Source: Hyphomicrobiales bacterium (GTDB lineage: Bacteria; Pseudomonadota; Alphaproteobacteria; Rhizobiales; Beijerinckiaceae). Taken from it: a DNA stretch of 64,000 nucleotides. A program made the translations under genes and the position numbers. The stretch covers positions 15,115 to 79,114 of the forward strand of contig JBJTCD010000017.1 of the NCBI GenBank assembly GCA_046091665.1. Reading direction: 5' to 3'. The notes beneath the pieces were generated by a model. It had not been told where the DNA came from and ran no database searches. It saw only the letters and a list, made by a program, of their open reading frames with translations. Below, one piece after another: positions 19,986 through 27,780 of the stretch. How positions within the stretch are numbered: position 1 is the first letter of the stretch; each line of letters opens with the position of its first letter.

Positions 19986-22394
19986 TCACGGCATCAGAAA
20001 ACCATAGTCGAACACAAGCGGGCGGAGCTTGTCGCCGAGATCGCGATAGGCGCTTTCGAACTCGGCAAAATCGACCGGGGCACTGTCGCCCATCTCGTTG
20101 CGGCGTTTCAGCGCGTTGCGGATTTGATACCAGCCGACATCGGCGCGGTTGAGTTTTAATTCGTCGCGAATGATGAAAGGTGGCGTCTCGGCAAAATAAG
20201 CGCGCCAGAGCATGCTGCCCGCGTTGAGCACCGCTTGCGCTTCGGGGGATAGGGACTTGTCAGCAAGATAGCGGACCATGAAATCCGATTCGAAACGGTC
20301 CGGCGCGTTGACTTCGGACTCAGTGAACGGAATGAAATGGTTGACGAGCGACCAATTGCGCCCGTTCCACTCCAAGCCATCGGCACCAGCCGTTAAATTA
20401 CTACCATTGAACAACATCCAGATCAGACAATCGCTTTTGAACTCATCGGGCAGCGGCACCGAAGGTTGCAAAAATTGATCGCGATCATTGATCCAAGTTG
20501 GTTTGATGAGACGACGCACGGCGAAGACGATGGCGGCCTGCCAGAGATTTTCGGGAGTGACGTAGAAGCCGTTACCGGAACTGAAAACAGATGAAAGCAA
20601 GGCTGTTTGATTAGCTTGTTGCATATCATTGCCATTGCACCAAAAATAGCCAATCGCGTCTTTTCGCCACGATGTTACTTTTGCGTGCTTATCCTGCGGT
20701 TGAACGGCATTTCTTAGCGGAATTGTCTTAGAATCAGTGTTGAGACGAGGCATCCATAAATTTAAATAACTTGATCTTGGAAGATTATGAAAATTCTTTA
20801 TACCTTGAGGAACAGCATTACGGTCTAATATATCGACACTAATTTTTGTAATAGGAGTCTTAATTTTTGAAACCTGATCAATTTGCCATACCAAAAATCC
20901 GATAGGAAAATTACCGTTCAATCCATCAAACGCTTTGCTATGAACAATAAATCCGTCCAGAAATAGAGCGTTCCAGTTTTGTCTAAATTCTTCAAAATTA
21001 AAAGCGTTAACGTATTTTAGAGTGCTAAAAATTCCAACAGTTGCGTTAGGTATTTCTGACGAAATCCGTACAATAAATTGCGCGAACAACTCACGTGTTG
21101 CGTAACCGTAATCGCTCATTCCTAATGAAATTAGTGTCTTTGAAACGCCCGTTTTACTCTCGGAAGGATTGCCAGACACAATGTTGTCCGAATTGGTCGC
21201 CTCCGCATAAGGCGGGTTGATCAGCACCAGAATCTTTTTGGCATTTGGCTTGCCCGCTTTGGCGTCGGCAATCGCATCGCGCAACGCTTGCGGCATTTTG
21301 TTCGTGAGGCTGTAATCAATCTGGCCGAAATCATCAATATCATCATTCAGATAATCATATTGAAACCGCGTTGCGGCAACGCATGTGCGCGTGGCGCGCA
21401 TCACATCAATATCCGCCTGATCAAGCGTTGACATGAAAATATTGCGATGATTGGAATGTTTGACTTCCAGATCGCCAACACCGCAGCACATATCCCACAC
21501 GATATAATTGCGCTGCCAATTTTTGCCCAAAGTCTCGGCAAGCTTGTCATAGGCTTTATCAACCACATGCAGCGGCGTGTAAAACGCGCCTTTGAAACTG
21601 CGCTCATCAAGCGGAATGAGACTGTCGCGCCGCTCCAATAAATAATTGCGAAATTCTTCTGCAGGCGGGCGATGATAAATCGCCCAGAATTGGCGATAGC
21701 CTTCGCGATTGCCGAGCGGGTAGAGCTTACCCTCTAACATAAAGACGGGCTGATTATTCTTATGCAATAATTCAGCCGGTAAATTCTCATGCGTTGAAAT
21801 CGTTCCGTCGCTCATAATGTCAGCGAAAAACAAGAGATTATATTTCTCCTCCGGTACGCCCGAAATTTCGCGCCCGATCATCTCGACCCATTTATCGAAG
21901 ACTTGCTTGAGATTATCGGGCGTAATCGGTGTGCGGATAATGACGCCCGAACGGATCGCTTCCTTCACCGTTGTGATAAATTCGGATTCATGAGTCTTGA
22001 GCTTGAATGAAACGAGATAGGTGCCGATATAGCTCGACACTTCGTCAAGCGCTTCTTGCGGAAACTGGCTCGCCGATTTGCCCCATTTAATCGTTTTCTT
22101 TTTGAGAAACGGAATCACATCCGCCGATTGCATCAAGGCGGCTTTTTCCGTGTCGATCACCGCAAGAAAGGGCGGAACATGCTCGCCTTTGTCCAGCGCC
22201 ACCTGCACATAATGCAGAAGTTGCGTGAACATTGCATAGCTTGATGTAGGCTTATCTTTTGCCTCAAACCAAATTTCTTTGGTTTGAATATCGACAAGAT
22301 TCTTGCTGTAATTTTTGAGCCCCAACGCCTTGATGTAAGCGTCTTTGACGTCTTCTTCCGTCCGCGTCGATTGCAGTTTTTCGTAAAGGCTCAT
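19986..22394 (-). CDS. Putative single-polypeptide Type IIG/IIL restriction-modification enzyme (PD-ExK-like N-terminus, gamma-class N6-adenine DNA methyltransferase, C-terminal specificity region)
   Basis: The 802-aa ORF carries these motifs:
- D35-X8-E44-A-K46 in NLVDIQTKEIWFEAKDK
- FKGAFYTP (aa 267-274)
- SAM motif I, VWDMCCGVGD (aa 299-308)
- motif IV, LINPPYAEA (NPPY = 21207-21218)
The X-I-IV order indicates a gamma-class enzyme. The coding status is strong. The nuclease activity is inferred. Confidence 0.6.
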   Translation of the reverse strand: MSLYEKLQSTRTEEDVKDAYIKALGLKNYSKNLVDIQTKEIWFEAKDKPTSSYAMFTQLLHYVQVALDKGEHVPPFLAVIDTEKAALMQSADVIPFLKKKTIKWGKSASQFPQEALDEVSSYIGTYLVSFKLKTHESEFITTVKEAIRSGVIIRTPITPDNLKQVFDKWVEMIGREISGVPEEKYNLLFFADIMSDGTISTHENLPAELLHKNNQPVFMLEGKLYPLGNREGYRQFWAIYHRPPAEEFRNYLLERRDSLIPLDERSFKGAFYTPLHVVDKAYDKLAETLGKNWQRNYIVWDMCCGVGDLEVKHSNHRNIFMSTLDQADIDVMRATRTCVAATRFQYDYLNDDIDDFGQIDYSLTNKMPQALRDAIADAKAGKPNAKKILVLINPPYAEATNSDNIVSGNPSESKTGVSKTLISLGMSDYGYATRELFAQFIVRISSEIPNATVGIFSTLKYVNAFNFEEFRQNWNALFLDGFIVHSKAFDGLNGNFPIGFLVWQIDQVSKIKTPITKISVDILDRNAVPQGIKNFHNLPRSSYLNLWMPRLNTDSKTIPLRNAVQPQDKHAKVTSWRKDAIGYFWCNGNDMQQANQTALLSSVFSSGNGFYVTPENLWQAAIVFAVRRLIKPTWINDRDQFLQPSVPLPDEFKSDCLIWMLFNGSNLTAGADGLEWNGRNWSLVNHFIPFTESEVNAPDRFESDFMVRYLADKSLSPEAQAVLNAGSMLWRAYFAETPPFIIRDELKLNRADVGWYQIRNALKRRNEMGDSAPVDFAEFESAYRDLGDKLRPLVFDYGFLMP

Positions 22395-22517
22395 GCGGGA
22401 CCAAGGGTAAGAGGCGTTTTTATAGGCGTTAAGACATCGACATCGGCTTCACGTGGACGGATCGGCCACAAAGAAGGAAAAACGCAAAACCCGTTGGGAC
22501 TTTGAATTATTTTACAT

Positions 22518-22536
22518 AATTGACGTTACGTCAATT
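22518..22536. promoter_or_regulatory. 19-bp palindrome (9-bp arms) in the AT-rich region upstream of the 802-aa gene
   Basis: aattgacgt-t-acgtcaatt lies about 125 nt upstream of ATG 22394. The surrounding 60 nt (22501-22560) are about 20% GC by hand count. Confidence 0.3.
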
Positions 22537-22574
22537 TTATAAAAAAAGCATGAGTTTAATTTTAATCGCGCATG

Positions 22575-22596
22575 AAAAAAGCCGCCCTGAGGCGGC
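22575..22596 (-). terminator. Rho-independent terminator (probably the original puuE terminator, now serving higBA)
   Basis: On the minus strand the hairpin is gccgcc-tcag-ggcggc followed by tttttt. It lies about 30 nt after the stop codon of the puuE 3' remnant. Confidence 0.7.
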
Positions 22597-22623
22597 TTTC
22601 GTGAGTTTAACCATGCGACGGCT

Positions 22624-22715
22624 CTACCCCACCGGATGGACCTTGCGGCAATGGCGCGCTATGTCAGTCCGCTCAGCGAATCAATTTGAGATAATCGAGG
22701 ACATCAAATTTTGAA
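22624..22715 (-). pseudogene. Displaced, decayed copy of the puuE 3' end
   Basis: 22624-22665 matches 23359-23400 at 38/42 positions. The block ataatcgagga recurs at 22691-22701 and 23440-23450. The minus-strand translation ends IARHCRKVHPVG*, compared with DIARHWRKVHPAG* in the intact gene. Confidence 0.6.
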
Positions 22716-22740
22716 AGTTTGATCATCTGATTGTGTCTGC

Positions 22741-23070
22741 TCACGCTTTCCTCGGCGTGATTCCGGCAAGCACGCCGGCTAATTCACGGCGCTCTTGCAT
22801 CAGTTCAAATTGCATTTGCAGGCCTAAGAAAAAACCCTCGGACACACCGAAATAGCGGGCGAGCCGCAAATCGGTGTTCGCGGTGACGGCGCGTTTGCCC
22901 AAGATAATCTCGTTGATGCGGCGGGGCGATACGCCGATCGCTTTGGCAAGCGCGGTTTGGCTGATGCCGAGAGGCTCTAGAAAATCCTCCGCCAGCACGT
23001 CGCCCGCGTGCGGATTGTAGAGCAGATCATCGGTGGTAATCGATGATACTGACGCGGAAGGCCTCGCCAT
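22741..23070 (-). CDS. higA: HigA-family antitoxin (XRE-type HTH)
   Basis: LYNPHAGDVLAEDFLEPLGISQTALAKAIGVSPRRINEIILGKRAVTANTDLRLARYFG is a canonical HigA sequence. The start is uncertain: I chose ATG 23070, while the ORF is open to 23103. Confidence 0.85.
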   Translation of the reverse strand: MARPSASVSSITTDDLLYNPHAGDVLAEDFLEPLGISQTALAKAIGVSPRRINEIILGKRAVTANTDLRLARYFGVSEGFFLGLQMQFELMQERRELAGVLAGITPRKA

Positions 23071-23311
23071 TTTGCCAGACGAAACAGATGCGCCATTGGT
23101 CATTGATGCGAATACTCCATTGCCCCTTTAAATCACCGCGCAAGGCTTCGAGACGATTGCCCGGCGGAATGCGTAAATCCTCAATCAATTTGGCCTGATG
23201 GATGAGACGTAACTTTCGCAAAGCCGTATCTTGAATGGTGCGCGGCAATTTGCGGCTTACACGGCCTTCCCAAATCGTCTCTGTTTCCAGGTCACCAAAA
23301 GATTTGATCAT
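23027..23311 (-). CDS. higB: HigB-family toxin (plasmid maintenance system killer, RelE superfamily)
   Basis: The sequence MIKSF...LRKLRLIHQAKLIEDLRIPPGNRLEALRGDLKGQWSIRINDQWRICF...DYH matches the HigB pattern. The toxin-first gene order is typical of higBA. Confidence 0.85.
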   Translation of the reverse strand: MIKSFGDLETETIWEGRVSRKLPRTIQDTALRKLRLIHQAKLIEDLRIPPGNRLEALRGDLKGQWSIRINDQWRICFVWQNGEAFRVSIIDYHR

Positions 23312-23319
23312 TTATACCG

Positions 23320-23331
23320 CATAACGTTATG
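23320..23331. promoter_or_regulatory. Candidate HigA operator: perfect 12-bp palindrome
   Basis: cataacgttatg lies 9-20 nt upstream of the higB ATG. It sits inside a TTGCAA-N17-TATAAA sigma70-like arrangement on the minus strand. Confidence 0.4.
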
Positions 23332-23358
23332 AGTTGCAAGTTACAGGAGCAATCGCCC

Positions 23359-24273
23359 CTACCCCGCCGGATGGACCTTGCGCCAATGGCGGGCGATGTC
23401 GATGCGGCGGGCGACCCAGACGTGATCGTGGCTTTGCACATAATCGAGGAATTTTTCGAGCGCGAGCGCGCGACCGGGGCGCCCCACCAAGCGGCAATGA
23501 AGCCCGATATTCATCATCTTCGGCGCGCCTTCTGCACCCTCACGATAAAGCATGTCGAAATTGTCTTTGAGATAAGAATAGAAATGCTCGCCCGTATTGA
23601 AGCCTTGTGGCGTCGCAAAACGCATATCATTCGCATCAAGCGTATAGGGAATGATGAGATGCGGGCCTTTCGGGCCATGAACCCAATAAGGAAGATCATC
23701 GGCATAAGTGTCGGATGAATAGAGAAAGCCGCCTTCTTCCATCACGAGCTGCTGCGTGTTCATAGAGCAACGGCCTGTATACCAACCGAGCGGACGCTCG
23801 CCTGTCAGCTCCTTGTGAAGCTTGATTGATTCAGCAATTTGCTGGCGCTCGTCCTCCATCGGCATATCTTTATGCTCGACCCATTTGAGGCCATGTGAAG
23901 CGATTTCCCACTCCGCATCCATCATCGCTTTCAACTGATCGGGCGAACGCATCAAAGCTGTTGTCACGCCATAGCAGGTGACCGGCATATTGCGTTTGGT
24001 GAACATGCGATAAAGCCGCCAGAAACCGGCACGCGCACCATATTCATAAATCGATTCCATATTCCAATGGCGTTGGCCCGGCCATTGTGCGGCACCAACA
24101 ATTTCTGAAAGAAAGGCTTCGGATGCGGCATCGCCATGAAGAATGTTGTTCTCGCCGCCCTCCTCATAATTGACAACAAATTGAACGCAAATATTTGCAC
24201 CACCGGGCCATTGCGGATCGGGTGTATGACGGCCATAGCCTTTCATATCGCGCGGATAAATCTCTTGAGCCAT
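23359..24273 (-). CDS. puuE: Allantoinase PuuE (polysaccharide deacetylase/NodB-fold family)
   Basis: YPRDMKGYGRHTPDPQWPGGANICVQFVVNYEEGGENNILHGDAASEAFLSEIVG matches the PuuE N-terminal signature. The protein is 304 aa. Confidence 0.87.
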   Translation of the reverse strand: MAQEIYPRDMKGYGRHTPDPQWPGGANICVQFVVNYEEGGENNILHGDAASEAFLSEIVGAAQWPGQRHWNMESIYEYGARAGFWRLYRMFTKRNMPVTCYGVTTALMRSPDQLKAMMDAEWEIASHGLKWVEHKDMPMEDERQQIAESIKLHKELTGERPLGWYTGRCSMNTQQLVMEEGGFLYSSDTYADDLPYWVHGPKGPHLIIPYTLDANDMRFATPQGFNTGEHFYSYLKDNFDMLYREGAEGAPKMMNIGLHCRLVGRPGRALALEKFLDYVQSHDHVWVARRIDIARHWRKVHPAG

Positions 24274-24312
24274 GACGTTACTCCCTCAGATCTTCTTTGT
24301 AGTGATTGTCGT

Positions 24313-25644
24313 TTAGATCAGGCCCAAGAAACCAAGACCCGATCCCGCAAGAATGGTGAGCATAAGAACAGCCCATAGAGGCCATCGCAACAGAAAAAAC
24401 ATCAGCGCCGCGAAACTTGAAAGTAAGACCGCTTCGATCTGAAAACTGGCCCAAGAGACCAGCGGCATGCGCATAAGCCCTGCTTCATAGGTCGTCACAT
24501 TTGCAAAGAAGAGATGAAGCGCGAACCACACGCCGACCCATGCAATGACGCCAACGACAATGGAAGTGATCGCTTTCAGTGCGGATGCGAGTCTTTGATA
24601 GGTTCTCAACCGTTCAAAAAGCGGTGCGCCTGCAAAGATAAAGAGAAAACTTGGAGCGAAGGTCATCCACACTGTCAGTGCTGATCCTATTATTGCAGCG
24701 AGGAGCGGAGAGAGAGGCGCAGCCGCACGATGAGCGGCAAGAAAGCCAACAAATTGAGTGACAAGAATTGTGGGCCCGGGTGTCGTCTCTGCAAGACCCA
24801 AACCATCCGACATCTCAATCGACGAGAGCCATGATTTTGTTTCAACCGCTGTCTGCGCGAGCCACGCCAAAAGCGCATAAGCACCGCCAAAACTCAAACT
24901 CGCAAGTTTTGCAAAGAACAAACCGATGTCAAAAAGCCGATGCTCCATGCCAAGACTGAGCGCGATAAAAATCAACGGACTAAACCAAATGACAAGCCAA
25001 AAAAAAGCGCGCTTTAAAAGAGCGCTCCAATTGATCGAATCCAAGTGATGGTCATCACTTATCTCGCGCACGCCAAACAATGAAGGAAAAATCAGATCAA
25101 GAATATAAGCAGATATTGCGGCTGCAAGAATGAGAATTGGAAAAGGAATTGTGGTGAGCGCCATGGCAAGAAAAGCTATGAACGCAAAGACAAAAGAAAT
25201 TTTATTGATAAAGGCACGACGCGCTAGACGTATAACCGCATGAATGATCAATGAGAGAACCGCGCATTTCAACCCGAAGAACAAAGACGCCACAGAAGGA
25301 TACGCGCCGTAATAGACATAGAGCGTTGAGAGACCGAGCATCACAAAAGCGCCGGGGAACACAAATAAAATGCCCGCAATAAGACCGCCACTCACGCCTG
25401 AAAAACGCCAACCAAGATAGGTCGCCAATTGCTGTGCTTCGGGCCCGGGGAGAAGCATGCAAAGATTAAGCGCATGAAGAAATGAACGCTCGTCAATCAA
25501 ACGCCGCTCTTCAACAAATTCACGGTGAAGAAGCGCGATCTGCGCGGCCGCCCCACCGAAAGAGAGGCAGCCGATTTTGAACCACGTCTTCGCCATGGGA
25601 TCATTGACGGTCGGCAAGTGATGGCTCTGCGTTCGGTCTTCCAC
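24313..25644 (-). CDS. chrA: Chromate ion transporter (CHR family, two-domain long form)
   Basis: FKIGCLSFGGAAAQIALLHREFVEERRLIDERSFLHALNLCMLLPGPEAQQLATYLGW is followed by a second homologous half (LASLSFGGAYALLAWL...). Confidence 0.9.
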   Translation of the reverse strand: MEDRTQSHHLPTVNDPMAKTWFKIGCLSFGGAAAQIALLHREFVEERRLIDERSFLHALNLCMLLPGPEAQQLATYLGWRFSGVSGGLIAGILFVFPGAFVMLGLSTLYVYYGAYPSVASLFFGLKCAVLSLIIHAVIRLARRAFINKISFVFAFIAFLAMALTTIPFPILILAAAISAYILDLIFPSLFGVREISDDHHLDSINWSALLKRAFFWLVIWFSPLIFIALSLGMEHRLFDIGLFFAKLASLSFGGAYALLAWLAQTAVETKSWLSSIEMSDGLGLAETTPGPTILVTQFVGFLAAHRAAAPLSPLLAAIIGSALTVWMTFAPSFLFIFAGAPLFERLRTYQRLASALKAITSIVVGVIAWVGVWFALHLFFANVTTYEAGLMRMPLVSWASFQIEAVLLSSFAALMFFLLRWPLWAVLMLTILAGSGLGFLGLI

Positions 25645-25795
25645 GTCAACACCCGCTTAGCTCGCATAGAGAGCAAGAATTTCACAGCCACTATTGCCAA
25701 ATTGTGACAAAGCTGCAACGGGGCTCTGCTGAAACCGGGGTCGCCAAAGTCGATCGCGCTCGCTATGAAGCCTCACTGTTTTAAGAACGAGATCC

Positions 25796-26701
25796 ATGAG
25801 CCCTAACGCCCATCAGCCGCGTGACGAAAAAATCAACCGCTTGATCGGTATCGGCCTGATGTGCCTCACATTCTTGTGTTTCACCGGGCTTGATACGACC
25901 GCAAAATGGTTGAACCACTCGATTCCGACGATTCAAATCGTCTGGGCACGTTATACTTTCAGCGTGGTGCTTGTTCTTCTCGTCATCAATCCGAAAACCA
26001 AACCGGGTGTCCTGACAACAAAAAAGCCTCTTGTTCAGATCATCCGCTCCTTGCTGCTTTTGCTCTCCACGCTCGCCAATTTCTTGGCGCTCAATTATCT
26101 GCAGCTTGCGCAAACCACAACAATCGCTTTGGCAACACCCCTGCTTGTGTCAGCGCTGAGCGGGCCCCTCTTAGGCGAGTCGGTCCCGCGTGATCGTTTC
26201 ATTGCGATTGGCATCGGGTTTCTTGGCGTCGTCAGTGTCGCGCGCCCGGGCTTTGGCGGCATCCATCCGGTTGCCATTCTTTCTATCTTGGGCATGTGTT
26301 GCTACGCTGGCTATGCGTTGATGACGCGTTTTCTCGTTGGTCATGATCAAACAGAGACGACGCTTGTTTATTCAGGCCTTGTGGGCGCCGTTATTCTTTC
26401 TTTTGGGTTGCCGCTTTTCTGGCAGGCGCCGCCGGATCTCTTCACCTGGGCTCTGATGTTATGCATGGGCCTTTTCGCGGCAATAGGTCATTTCTTTTTG
26501 ATTACCGCACATCGCTTTGCGCCCGCCTATGTGCTCTCACCCTTTATGTATACACAGCTCGGATGGATGACTCTTTCAGGCTATCTTGTTTTTGGTGACG
26601 TGCCTGATTCATTCACCATCGCAGGCGGCGTGATTATTGTTTTATCCGGGCTTTACCTGATTTTTCAGGAAAGCCGCGGATTTTCTAAACAATTTGAATA
26701 A
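25796..26701 (+). CDS. DMT superfamily transporter (EamA/RhaT-like, 10 TMS)
   Basis: The 301-aa protein has two EamA-like halves with multiple hydrophobic helices. Confidence 0.85.
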   Translation: MSPNAHQPRDEKINRLIGIGLMCLTFLCFTGLDTTAKWLNHSIPTIQIVWARYTFSVVLVLLVINPKTKPGVLTTKKPLVQIIRSLLLLLSTLANFLALNYLQLAQTTTIALATPLLVSALSGPLLGESVPRDRFIAIGIGFLGVVSVARPGFGGIHPVAILSILGMCCYAGYALMTRFLVGHDQTETTLVYSGLVGAVILSFGLPLFWQAPPDLFTWALMLCMGLFAAIGHFFLITAHRFAPAYVLSPFMYTQLGWMTLSGYLVFGDVPDSFTIAGGVIIVLSGLYLIFQESRGFSKQFE

Positions 26702-26716
26702 AGAGAAATCAGAATT

Positions 26717-27619
26717 TCACGTCGGTCTTTCACCGAGTTTCGTTCCGTTGAGTTCAGCAACAAAGTCACCAAGCATCGGCACAAAATCATCGCCACGGCC
26801 CTGATTAAGCGCCATTGTGTAGATGTTCTTGATCGCGTTGCCGAGCGGATTTGATACACCCGCATCATCCGCCATAGATTCAAGATAACGTGTGTCCTTA
26901 TAGGCGTTTGCCAATGTGAATTTATGCGCGTTGATATCGCGCTCAAGCGTATATTTCATGAAAGTTTGATAGAACCCGCAATCCATACGGCCACCGCGAA
27001 TGACGCTATCAAAGCGATCCGGTGTGATACCGACTTTACGCGCGACAACCAGCGCTTCCGAATAAAGCGCTGCATATCCCAGTGAAAGAAAATTATTGAC
27101 GAGCTTCATACGATGGCCATCGCCGGGACCCCCGACATGAATGACACGTCCCGCCCATTTTTCCATAACCGGTTTCACCCTTGCGAAAATTTCATCACTC
27201 GCACCCACCATCGTATCGAGTGTGCCGTCCCATGCTTCCTTCGGTGTACGACCCAAAGGGGCATCAACAAGCGTGATGTTACGCGCAGCGCATTCGTGAA
27301 AAAGTTTCATCGTCGAAACCGGATCGGATGTTGATGTATCAACAATGATCGAACCGGCAGCGAGATGGTGCGCCAATCCATTTTCGCCCAGAGTGACCGC
27401 TTCAACTTCTTTCGATCCTGTCACGCATAGAAATACAATATCGGAGGCACGCGCGAGTTCGGGAATCGATTTCACCTCTTTGGCACCACGCTTTACGACA
27501 TCCTCAATAGGTGCGCGGTTGCGATGGCCGATCACCGTGAGCGGATGTCCTTTTTCGACGATGTTCTTCGCCATGCCGTGGCCCATATAACCCAAACCGA
27601 TAAAACCGATCTTTTCCAT
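26717..27619 (-). CDS. NAD(P)-dependent beta-hydroxyacid dehydrogenase (3-hydroxyisobutyrate / tartronate semialdehyde reductase family)
   Basis: The start was trimmed to MEKIGFIGLGYMGHGMAKN (Rossmann motif). The downstream region carries DAPLGRTPKEA and GDGHRMKLVNN motifs of the family. Confidence 0.8.
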   Translation of the reverse strand: MEKIGFIGLGYMGHGMAKNIVEKGHPLTVIGHRNRAPIEDVVKRGAKEVKSIPELARASDIVFLCVTGSKEVEAVTLGENGLAHHLAAGSIIVDTSTSDPVSTMKLFHECAARNITLVDAPLGRTPKEAWDGTLDTMVGASDEIFARVKPVMEKWAGRVIHVGGPGDGHRMKLVNNFLSLGYAALYSEALVVARKVGITPDRFDSVIRGGRMDCGFYQTFMKYTLERDINAHKFTLANAYKDTRYLESMADDAGVSNPLGNAIKNIYTMALNQGRGDDFVPMLGDFVAELNGTKLGERPT

Positions 27620-27780
27620 TGCTTTTACCCTTCTTGTGACCGCCCGATGGGCAGCCTCCCCGAATACCACTTTCCACATGCATTGCATGAAAATCAAGAA
27701 TTGGTCATATGCATGTGATCATCAGTCGCAAGATTCGGGAGCGGTCACTCTCCCGCACCCTCAGGAGGAAAGACATCACC

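Noticed and set aside
19284-20159. A 291-aa plus-strand ORF spanning the odc 5' end, the whole leader and the 3' end of the 802-aa gene.
   Set aside because: It is Arg/Pro/Ser/Gly-rich and low-complexity with no recognisable motif. It overlaps two well-supported minus-strand genes and a probable structured RNA, and is a typical shadow ORF in GC-rich sequence.
23312-23358. A sigma70-like promoter (TTGCAA, 17-nt spacer, TATAAA) on the minus strand upstream of higB.
   Set aside because: I did not report it as a feature because the -10 hexamer abuts the annotated higB ATG. That would require a leaderless or internally initiated mRNA. It may be real but needs transcription-start mapping. Only the embedded palindrome is listed.
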